64,000 nucleotides of DNA from a virus (lineage: Duplodnaviria > Caudoviricetes), in the IMG/VR virus record IMGVR_UViG_3300027782_000065, positions 1 to 64,000 of that record; one strand, 5' to 3'. The notes beneath the pieces were generated by a model. It had not been told where the DNA came from and made no database searches. It was given only the letters and a program-made list of their open reading frames with translations. How positions within the stretch are numbered: the first letter of the stretch is position 1; each line of letters opens with the position of its first letter. The position numbers and the translations under genes are program-made. Below, in pieces: positions 18,015 through 27,400 of this stretch.

Positions 18015-19265
18015 TTATTTCAAGACTAATTTATATTGAAAAATTATTTTACTTCCATTTCCCACAATATAAAAATCCATATTATTATTTTGGGTATTCA
18101 TGAACACTCCTTGAGGTTCTCTCTCACCAGAATTTAATGCTCCCACATATGACATATTATTACTAGGATCGCCAGTTGATGAAATATCTACTGTAGGAGG
18201 ATTTATAACATCAACAAAAGAATTATCATAATTTAACCCAAATAAAACTGCTTTAGTTACTCCGATGAAATACATCTTATTAGAATTATTATTGACGCAC
18301 ATTCCTCTAATGTTTCCATATGATCCCTCATAACTAGTACCAGTTATTAATCGAGATCCTCCTTGAATAGTATAATTTGCACTATTACTTGATATTATGG
18401 TACTATTTGCAATAGCAGCACCACTATATGCATATGATCCAATGTCAAATGGAGTTCCGCCACTTTTTAATATAAATCTATGCACTTGTTCGATTCCTAT
18501 AGGATTAGTAGTAGGAGGTTGCCTTCGTGTTCCTAAAACATAAAGATTTAGACCATCATCAGAAAAACAAAAATCACGATCTTGAAGTTTATATGAAAGA
18601 TATGCTTGGTTTGAAGCATCTGTTCCAGAAATTGTCCAAAATATTGGTGCTGGTGTGAATGGTGGAAAATTTTGCCTACAGTCGGGGAAAGATAATGATC
18701 CATCACTTAGGTCCCATGGAGTATTCAATGTAAATTGAACAATTTTGCAGTATCCTGCATTACCATCCAAAATATGCATTTTTGTTCCATCAGGACTAAA
18801 CCTTATGCCTTGACCGTCCAACAAATCATAATAACTTTTTGGACTTCCTGGATTCTGAGTTGGTGATGTATCAACCCAATTTGGATTAATATTAGTCTTG
18901 GTAGCACCAGTTGTTCGTTCAATTAAATATGAATTAAGATTACGACTACCAGTTATAGATGCTGTATCTAAAGTTGAAATGTCCCATGGTGTTAAAAGAG
19001 TATATCGATACACTTGGCGGGTATTTCTATTATAAACAAAAGCATATTTACCCAAATAATCTCCAGAACCACCAATAAATAATCCAGGAATGTCAATATT
19101 GGGATCAATACCTGTTAATGCTGGAGATTGTCCTACCTGTACATAACATTCAGGACCTCCATTAAAGGATTGTATATGTTCATTACTTTCTGGTCGATAG
19201 ATACCAAGATTAGCAGTTCTATCAGTAATTGTATTTCCAGTAAAACCCAAAAGACCTAATTTCAT
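18015..19265 (-). CDS. putative beta-propeller virion/fibre protein
   Basis: Repeats YTLLTPWDIST, FTLNTPWDLS, FSPDGTKMH, FSDDGLNLY. Confidence 0.7.
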   Translation of the reverse strand: MKLGLLGFTGNTITDRTANLGIYRPESNEHIQSFNGGPECYVQVGQSPALTGIDPNIDIPGLFIGGSGDYLGKYAFVYNRNTRQVYRYTLLTPWDISTLDTASITGSRNLNSYLIERTTGATKTNINPNWVDTSPTQNPGSPKSYYDLLDGQGIRFSPDGTKMHILDGNAGYCKIVQFTLNTPWDLSDGSLSFPDCRQNFPPFTPAPIFWTISGTDASNQAYLSYKLQDRDFCFSDDGLNLYVLGTRRQPPTTNPIGIEQVHRFILKSGGTPFDIGSYAYSGAAIANSTIISSNSANYTIQGGSRLITGTSYEGSYGNIRGMCVNNNSNKMYFIGVTKAVLFGLNYDNSFVDVINPPTVDISSTGDPSNNMSYVGALNSGEREPQGVFMNTQNNNMDFYIVGNGSKIIFQYKLVLK

Positions 19266-19271
19266 AATAAT

Positions 19272-20507
19272 TTAAAATGCAAGAGTATCGAATTGAAAAT
19301 ATCTATTATAAGCACTGTTATAATTATTAGAAACAATTAAACTTTCTTGATTATTTGAAAATGCCATGCCTGTACCAACGTACAAAGAAGCCTCTTGTTG
19401 GCTAAATGCATTAAGATAACCAAGTGTTTTATATTGTCCAACATAAAGATAACTATTATATGTTGCAGTAGTTATATCCCAAGCAGCAGAAAGATTATAT
19501 ACATATAAAGCTCCACCATAATTTCTACCAAGAAGATAAAGTGTGGTTCCATCAGAACTAAATGAAATTGACACAAGATAATTTTTACCATCAGCAAAAT
19601 CCCTTGATCCTGCCGCAGATAAATTAGCACCATCAGATCCTATATCCCAAGAAGAAGAAATATTGGATTGATATAATACATCACCTCTCAAATAATATAA
19701 TCTACTTCCATCTGGTTTGACAAAAATATCTCGCATTTTTATCTTGGTTGTATCATATGCATTAAGTGCTTGTGGACCTCCAAACGTAGCAGTTGATACT
19801 TTAACAGATTCTGTGTCTAGTGCATATTTTCTATCTGGTGCGTAACTATAAGCGACAGGAACGGAGTTAGTATATATATTATAAGTAACACCATCCAAAG
19901 TGAAAGATGAGTTGGTATTCATTGAATTTAAATTCCATGCAGTATTAAGATTATATTGGAATATAAATGGACCATAGTAATAAAAATTTTGACTTCCACC
20001 AAAACCATAAAAAACACGTATAAGATTTCCACAAATAATTAATCTTGTTCCATCTGGTTTAAATGAAATTCCGGAAGGTTCTGGATAAATTACAGTATAA
20101 CTAGCACCACCCTCTGATGATGTTCCCATTTTTAAATATTTTCTATTATAAGTTGTAGATGCTGAAATTGATTCGATGCTCCCATTATTCAGAGGCATTG
20201 ATGTAATAGAATTGTCAGCACTAGGATACTCATAAAATGGATCAGCATTTGCACCAGTTACAAATAATGTTGAATCATCTGGTTTAACAAACATTCCAGT
20301 TACAGTACCCGGATTATTATTATATACCGAATCACTACAATCAGTATAAAAAAGATGTTTTAAATTATCTTGTTTAGCATAATTTTGTATGTAAGCATTA
20401 TCTTCTGGACGATACATTCCAGATTTATATCGCCTTTGTGCCCGACTATCTACGGGAGCAGTATAATCAGAACCAATTCGACTAAGAGTACTTCTTTGAG
20501 GGCTCAT
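19272..20507 (-). CDS. putative beta-propeller virion/fibre protein (paralog of the downstream gene)
   Basis: Repeats FKPDGTRL, YNLNTAWNL, YNLSAAWDIT, FSSDGTTLY; shares the GxYRPExN N-terminal motif with 18015-19265. Confidence 0.7.
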   Translation of the reverse strand: MSPQRSTLSRIGSDYTAPVDSRAQRRYKSGMYRPEDNAYIQNYAKQDNLKHLFYTDCSDSVYNNNPGTVTGMFVKPDDSTLFVTGANADPFYEYPSADNSITSMPLNNGSIESISASTTYNRKYLKMGTSSEGGASYTVIYPEPSGISFKPDGTRLIICGNLIRVFYGFGGSQNFYYYGPFIFQYNLNTAWNLNSMNTNSSFTLDGVTYNIYTNSVPVAYSYAPDRKYALDTESVKVSTATFGGPQALNAYDTTKIKMRDIFVKPDGSRLYYLRGDVLYQSNISSSWDIGSDGANLSAAGSRDFADGKNYLVSISFSSDGTTLYLLGRNYGGALYVYNLSAAWDITTATYNSYLYVGQYKTLGYLNAFSQQEASLYVGTGMAFSNNQESLIVSNNYNSAYNRYFQFDTLAF

Positions 20508-20887
20508 GGTGGGTTTGAAATTTTCTCATAAGAAACTATGACATCAATATAATTTGTATTTCCGGCAGATGCTCTTATAGACCAACCTTCTTCTAGATAA
20601 AAATAAGTTTCTTTTGTAGAAATAATTTGTGTAGCATCTGGTGGAACATTGATGGTACTTGCAAGATAATGATCATTAGTGCCAGATGGGCCTGTCCCAT
20701 ACAGGGATATGCTGATTGTTGTGAAACTAGCCCCATTTGTATTTGCGGCAAAAATACTATTAATTTTATAAACTTCTCCACTTGCAGCACCATTTGCTAA
20801 AACTGCTGTTAGACCAGTAGGAACGTTTTTATATACTGCAGTTTTTCCAATAAGGCTACTTGGATTTCTAATATTAGGTGCTGCCAT
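20504..20887 (-). CDS. small virion structural protein
   Basis: 127-aa beta-rich protein with the MAAPNI...KINSIFAANTNG...SYEKI pattern of fibre-associated small proteins. Confidence 0.65.
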   Translation of the reverse strand: MAAPNIRNPSSLIGKTAVYKNVPTGLTAVLANGAASGEVYKINSIFAANTNGASFTTISISLYGTGPSGTNDHYLASTINVPPDATQIISTKETYFYLEEGWSIRASAGNTNYIDVIVSYEKISNPP

Positions 20888-20926
20888 TTTTTTATAGTCT
20901 TATGAGATTATTTATTATTAAAAGCA

Positions 20927-23900
20927 TCAAAATAACATTGCCAAAATAACCAAACTAACGTCATCGGAAGCAGCAAGACCTTGAGTAGATTGAACCCCTT
21001 GAAGTCCTTGAGTACCCTGATTATTACTTAATGGTCCTTGAAGTCCTTGAGTACCTTGATTACTTAAACCTTGTAGTCCTTGTAGTCCTTGAGTACCTTG
21101 GGCATTCTGAACACCTTGAGCACCTTGAGCACCTTGAGCACCTTGAAGTCCTTGAGTACCTTGAGTACCTTGAAAATTACTTAAAGAACCTTGTAATCCT
21201 TGCAATCCTTGAGAACCCTGAAGTCCTTGTCTTCCTTGAAGTCCTTGAGTACCTTGATTACTTAAACCTTGAAGTCCTTGAAGTCCTTGAGAACCTTGAA
21301 GTCCTTGAGAACTTTGAAGCCCCTGTGTTCCTTGTCTTCCTTGAGTACCTTGAGCACCTTGAGTACCTTGAGCACCTTGAGTACCTTGGTTATCACTTAA
21401 AGCACCTTGAAGACCTTGAGTACCTTGAGATCCTTGTCTTCCTTGAGTACCTTGAAAATTACTTAAAGAACCTTGTAATCCTTGCAATCCTTGAGAACCT
21501 TGGAGTCCTTGAGAACCTTGAAGTCCTTGTCTTCCTTGAAGTCCTTGAAGTCCCTGATTACCTTGAGTACCTTGAGCACCTTGAGTACCTTGGTTATCAC
21601 TTAAAGCACCTTGAAGTCCTTGTCTTCCTTGAAGTCCTTGAGTACCTTGAGCATTCTGAACACCTTGAGCACCCTGAGTACCTTGAGCACCTTGAGAACC
21701 TTGAAGTCCTTGTCTTCCTTGAGAACCTTGATTACTTAAACCTTGTAGTCCTTGAAGTCCTTGAAGTCCCTGATTACCTTGTGTTCCCTGTTCCCCCATT
21801 GGACCAAATCCAACAGAATTTAAACTTGAAAATTCTTTAAAGGAACTGTCAAGATACAGTGGAATTCCAATAGATCTTTCCGTGGTTCTGATACCCACAC
21901 CATCTTTCCAATATCTAACATTATATCCATCATAGGTAATACTGACAACTGTTGAAGTAGTATAAGATCCATGTGAATATAATGTTGAACCAAATTGATC
22001 AGTTTCATGAATTGCTAATACACCACCCAAACTAAAAAGCCACCCATAATCTATGGTGTTAAAATTAGCACTTGTTGTTGGATTTGTATTGAGACCAACC
22101 ACAATTTCAGCATTTATTTGAGATGCCTTGGCAGTAACATAAACGCCTCTAGTATAACCTTCAGTTGAATAAACTTGTCCATCAAAAACATTATTGTTTC
22201 CATTGGATTTGGTAAAAGTATTACCATTAACAATAACAACACCACCAGTTACATTTGGAGTCCATTGGGATGTTCCACTTATACCTTGAGAACCTTGATT
22301 ACTTAAACCTTGGATACCCTGAAGTCCTTGAGTTCCCTGAGCACCTTGAGAACCCTGAAGTCCTTGAGTGCCTTGAGCATTCTGAACACCTTGAGCACCT
22401 TGAGTACCTTGAGCACCTTGAGTACCTTGAGCACCTTGAGAACCTTGAAGTCCTTGATTACCTTGAGTACCTTGAGTACCTTGAGTACCTTGAGCACCTT
22501 GAGAACCTTGAAGTCCTTGAGCACCTTGAGTACCTTGAGCACCTTGAGTGCCTTGAGTACCTTGAGCACCTTGAGTACCTTGAGAACCTTGAAGTCCTTG
22601 AGTACCTTGGGCATTCTGAACACCTTGAGCACCTTGAGTACCTTGGGCACCTTGAAGTCCTTGAGTACCTTGAGCATTCTGAACACCTTGAGCACCCATA
22701 GGTCCTTGAGCACCCAATGATGAATATACTTGCCACGTAGTTCCATCATAGATAAGATCCAAAATTGTATTTCCAATATCAACTGTCAAAACTTCATCAG
22801 CATATCCCTCTATTGTATTACCATAAGTAAGGGGATTTATGAGTAAATTATTAACAGTCCAATCTGCACCATCAGCAATACGAACTATTGAGGAAACTGT
22901 TGGTGATTCTGGAAGAGTTAAGGTAAATGAACCTCCAGAAGTATTTGCAATAATTTGATCTCCATCATTCAGGGTATAATCAGCAGTCTTTACTACCCAT
23001 CCAGAAGGTTTTCCTACAATTCCTTGAATTCCCTGAGAACCTTGTCTTCCTTGAGTACCTTGTAGTCCTTGAGAACCTTGAATACCTTGTGTTCCCTGAG
23101 CACCTTGATTACCTTGCAGTCCTTGAGTACCTTGAGCATTCTGAACACCTTGAGCACCCTGATTACCTTGAATACCTTGTGTTCCCTGAGCACCTTGAGA
23201 ACCTTGAAGTCCTTGAGTTCCCTGCAATCCTTGAGAACCTTGAATACCTTGAGAACCTTGAAGTCCTTGAGAACCTTGAAGACCTTGATTTCCTTGCAAT
23301 CCTTGAGAACCTTGAAGTCCTTGAGAACCTTGAAGTCCTTGAGAACCTTGAAATCCAGAACCCTGAAGTCCTTGAAGACCTTGATTACCTTGGGATCCAG
23401 AACCCTGAAGTCCTTGAAGACCTTGATTACCTTGGGATCCAGAACCTTGAAGACCTTGAAGACCTTGAGTACCTTGTAATCCTTGAGTACCTTGGGCATT
23501 TTGAACACCTTGAGCACCTTGTCTTCCTTGAAGACCTCTGCTTCCCAGATCACCTTGAAGTCCTTGATCACCTTGAGTACCTTGAAGTCCTTGAGTTCCT
23601 TGGAGTCCTTGATTACCTTGAAGACCTTGATTACCTTGGGATCCACCTTCACCAGAACCACCAGCAAAACCCTGAAGACCTTGAAGTCCTTGAGTACCTT
23701 GGGCATTTTGAACACCTTGAGCACCTTGTCTTCCTTGAGGACCTCTGCTTCCTAAATCACCTTGAAGTCCTTGATTACCTTGTATCCCTTGAGTACCTTG
23801 AGCACCTTTTGCACCAACTCCAGATGGAGATATCCAATATCTTTTTCCGGGATATCCATCAACTGCACTTAAAATATATTTTTCTCCACTAGGTGCTGGA

Positions 23901-24040
23901 TTTACACTGACTGAAGAAACACCAACTATAGGATCACCTAAATCTGGTTCTGCCTGTTCCAATCCAAGAAATTCATACCTATCAGAGGTAATCCCCGATT
24001 GCCCAAATCTTCTTACTCGTCCAGAATTATATCTTACCAT
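20927..24040 (-). CDS. collagen-like (Gly-X-Gln) tail fibre with two globular inserts
   Basis: Long (G-X-Q)n tracts; gp34-like ANTSGGSFTLTLPESP insert; beta-sandwich insert ...ITYDGYNVRYWKDG. Confidence 0.8.
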   Translation of the reverse strand: MVRYNSGRVRRFGQSGITSDRYEFLGLEQAEPDLGDPIVGVSSVSVNPAPSGEKYILSAVDGYPGKRYWISPSGVGAKGAQGTQGIQGNQGLQGDLGSRGPQGRQGAQGVQNAQGTQGLQGLQGFAGGSGEGGSQGNQGLQGNQGLQGTQGLQGTQGDQGLQGDLGSRGLQGRQGAQGVQNAQGTQGLQGTQGLQGLQGSGSQGNQGLQGLQGSGSQGNQGLQGLQGSGFQGSQGLQGSQGLQGSQGLQGNQGLQGSQGLQGSQGIQGSQGLQGTQGLQGSQGAQGTQGIQGNQGAQGVQNAQGTQGLQGNQGAQGTQGIQGSQGLQGTQGRQGSQGIQGIVGKPSGWVVKTADYTLNDGDQIIANTSGGSFTLTLPESPTVSSIVRIADGADWTVNNLLINPLTYGNTIEGYADEVLTVDIGNTILDLIYDGTTWQVYSSLGAQGPMGAQGVQNAQGTQGLQGAQGTQGAQGVQNAQGTQGLQGSQGTQGAQGTQGTQGAQGTQGAQGLQGSQGAQGTQGTQGTQGNQGLQGSQGAQGTQGAQGTQGAQGVQNAQGTQGLQGSQGAQGTQGLQGIQGLSNQGSQGISGTSQWTPNVTGGVVIVNGNTFTKSNGNNNVFDGQVYSTEGYTRGVYVTAKASQINAEIVVGLNTNPTTSANFNTIDYGWLFSLGGVLAIHETDQFGSTLYSHGSYTTSTVVSITYDGYNVRYWKDGVGIRTTERSIGIPLYLDSSFKEFSSLNSVGFGPMGEQGTQGNQGLQGLQGLQGLSNQGSQGRQGLQGSQGAQGTQGAQGVQNAQGTQGLQGRQGLQGALSDNQGTQGAQGTQGNQGLQGLQGRQGLQGSQGLQGSQGLQGLQGSLSNFQGTQGRQGSQGTQGLQGALSDNQGTQGAQGTQGAQGTQGRQGTQGLQSSQGLQGSQGLQGLQGLSNQGTQGLQGRQGLQGSQGLQGLQGSLSNFQGTQGTQGLQGAQGAQGAQGVQNAQGTQGLQGLQGLSNQGTQGLQGPLSNNQGTQGLQGVQSTQGLAASDDVSLVILAMLF

Positions 24041-24046
24041 TTTTCA

Positions 24047-24406
24047 CTATTGTTTTGCAGTTTCTAAAATACTTAATACAAGATTTAAAGCATTATTCGC
24101 ATTTGCTTTGATTTTAATAACATCATCAGTTTCTAGTGCAAGTCTTCCATCAGAAACTAAATTTAATCCATCGTTTGATGGAATTGAAATCTCATTTGCA
24201 AAAATATAATCTGCCGGTGATTCGCTAGTTCTTGAATGAGTTGCGGTTACAGTATATGTACTTCTTGCTGCACCAGATGATATATTGCTAACCTGAGATA
24301 AAATAACAATAGATGCAACACCTGTTGGACAAGTATAAATCCCAACATTATTGGTTGTAATACTAACTCTAATTGTTCGGAACTTATTAAGTGCTACTAC
24401 TGCCAT
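24047..24406 (-). CDS. small virion structural protein
   Basis: 119 aa, MAVVALNKFRT...SILETAK, situated between fibre genes. Confidence 0.7.
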   Translation of the reverse strand: MAVVALNKFRTIRVSITTNNVGIYTCPTGVASIVILSQVSNISSGAARSTYTVTATHSRTSESPADYIFANEISIPSNDGLNLVSDGRLALETDDVIKIKANANNALNLVLSILETAKQ

Positions 24407-24407
24407 T

Positions 24408-27400
24408 TTAGTTACCTAGTGCAATGATAAGGGGTGTTACTGTATTTAATAAACTTTGACTAAATGCTCTACCAGAAATAGTTCCGGTTAATTGATTAAT
24501 TATAACATCATCTCCGATTTGAAAATTACCAGATTGATTTGTACTAGTATAAATTACTTGTCCACCATTTACCTTATAAACCTCATTATCTTGAATAGAA
24601 ACTCCACCCAAAGCAGGTTTTGCAGTATTAATATTAGTTCCAGATCCAACCCATTCTAATGATATTGATGTTGCAAGTTGCAGACTTAATCTTGAAAAAT
24701 ATGCAGTTGATCCGGCACTAACTGTATTATTTAGATTCTGTGTCAAAACGATTGTAGATATTCCTGCATTTGGTAATGTTGCACTTTCAATTCCATAATA
24801 AATTGGATCCAATACTGGAGATGCTGCAGCATTAGATCCCTCACCACCAGTAATTTGAATATTTGGATTAGTTAAGTATTGTGATCCAGAACTAATAATA
24901 TCAATAGAAGTTACTTTTCCACCCGAAATGTTTGCAGATCCTTCTGCCCTAATTCCACTTGGACCTGTTGGAGCATCAATTGTTACTATAGGAACTGATG
25001 TATAACCAGAACCACCATTAGTTACATCAATTCTCAATATGGAGTAATATAATTTATCAAAATAAACTGCCTGACCATCATAAGGACGATTTGATGCAAT
25101 TCCAGAAATAATTAAAGTATCAGTACCTTGTGATGCAGTCTGTGTTACTATTCCACTATAACGATAGATGGATCTTGAAGATGCATCCCCAATTCCATTG
25201 GAATATAACCCATAATTACCAAAAGATGCATTAGAATTGGTAATATCACATTGCCCACCACCTGCAGTATAAACCGCAATATCATCACAAATTGTAAAGA
25301 GAGAAACCAACTGAGCATATGCACCATTGGTGATGGATGCACCTATTCCACCTTGATTGTATTGAGTATATGAATCCAAACTCATAGATCCAGTTACACC
25401 AATATCATCTTGATCTCCCGGTTCTGCCTCAAATCCATTAACTTTTAAACCAATACTTTTTGGTATAAAATTAGTACAGTTTCTGATGTAAGGTCCTTGT
25501 GTAATTGGTCCAACACCTGGCGAATAAGTATTTCCTCCAATTTTTGTTGCCGACCAATTATTATTTGTTAGTCCATCATATGCTGTAGGATATGTAGTGT
25601 TAATTCCTGCACCACCAAGAGCACCCAATCCATCTCTAATAATTGTCGTAACAACACCAACACAAGAGTAAATTGCCGATACAACATTTGCACAACCACT
25701 TAAACTTTGATTACCATATGCACCATCAGATTGCATACTTAAATCTTTTATTTGTGTATAATTTCTATAATTTCCACCACCTGGTTTTGTGAAAGAAACA
25801 TTATTAATACAAGACCTTGCAATTCCGGCAGCATATGTTAGAGCATCCATTGTCTCAGTTTTTATTCCAACAATATATTGAAGTACTCCTGCATCTGTAT
25901 AATATGTCTTACCTGCTCCAACAGATTTAGAGTTTCCACCTCTTGTGATATCAAAACAAACTGCTTTCAATACTGATTTAATATCTGAGGTTGATACTCC
26001 AATTGAAAATGCTGGATTCCTATAATCAGTACTAGTTAAATATCCTACTGTTTCACTCGCAATAAAATCTAGATTCATACGAATCATTCTTGCACCATCA
26101 AAGAAACGATTTGATGAAACTCCAGATAATGGGCGGAATGCTATAACTGATGCGCCGTTTGTTGAATCTGGTCCAACAAAACTCAAATCTGTTACGTGAC
26201 AACTATTATTAACGTGGAATAAATCTAATCCAGAATTTTGTGGCGTAACAATGCAGTTTCTAAGTTCTGCCCCCTCAACAGAAACACTTTTTTCAAGAAT
26301 TATTGGATTATTTTCAACATATACTCCAGGAAAAACTTTAATTGTGTCTCCAGAACTTGCAATTCCTGCAGCAGATTTAATTGATCTTTTTGGATAATTT
26401 TCTGCTAAACCAGTATAACTATCATTGCCATTTTGTGAAACATAGATTGTTTTTCCAATTGGCGAATATGAATATACTTGAACTCTACCCTTTCCATTTA
26501 CAGGATCTAATGTAACTCCAATACCAGCAACAATCTGAGTGACAATTCCAACAAGAGTTGCACCACTACCATAATAATCAGTTGCTGTTGCAGTTCCAAC
26601 AACTGTTAAAGTATTTGTTATAACAGTTGTTCCAATTCCAATACTTCCAGTTGATGGATTGAAGACTAATTTTTCGGATGAAACAAATATTGTTGATATG
26701 GATCCACTTGATGCTGTTGAAAGACCAATATATCTCAATTCATTTGATTGATCATTTTGTACTTTAAATGATTCACTTATATTGGAACCTTGTGTTCCTT
26801 GAAGTCCTTGAGTACCTTGTCTTCCTTGAGTACCTTGAAGTCCTTGAGTACCTTGTCTTCCTTGAGTACCTTGAAGTCCTTGAGTACCTTGAAGTCCTTG
26901 TGTTCCCTGAGCACCTTGAGTACCTTGAAGTCCTTGAGCACCTTGAAGTCCTTGAGCACCTTGAAGTCCTTGTGTTCCCTGAGCACCTTGAGCACCTTGA
27001 AGTCCTTGAGTACCTTGAGATCCAGAACCTTGCATACCTTGAAGTCCTTGAGCACCTTGTAGTCCTTGAGCACCTTGTAGTCCTTGAGCACCTTGTAGTC
27101 CTTGAGTACCTTGAGATGCAGAACCTTGCATCCCCTGAAGTCCTTGAGAACCCTGAAGTCCTTGAGTACCTTGAGCATTCTGAGAACCTTGAAGTCCTTG
27201 AGTTCCCTGCAATCCTTGAGAACCTTGAAGTCCTTGAGTTCCCTGCAATCCTTGAGAACCTTGAATACCTTGAGAACCTTGAGTACCTTGAGAACCTTGA
27301 GAACCTTGTAATCCTTGAGAACCTTGAGATCCAGAACCTTGCATCCCCTGAAGTCCTTGAGAACCTTGAAGACCCTGAATACCTTGTAATCCTTGAGTAC

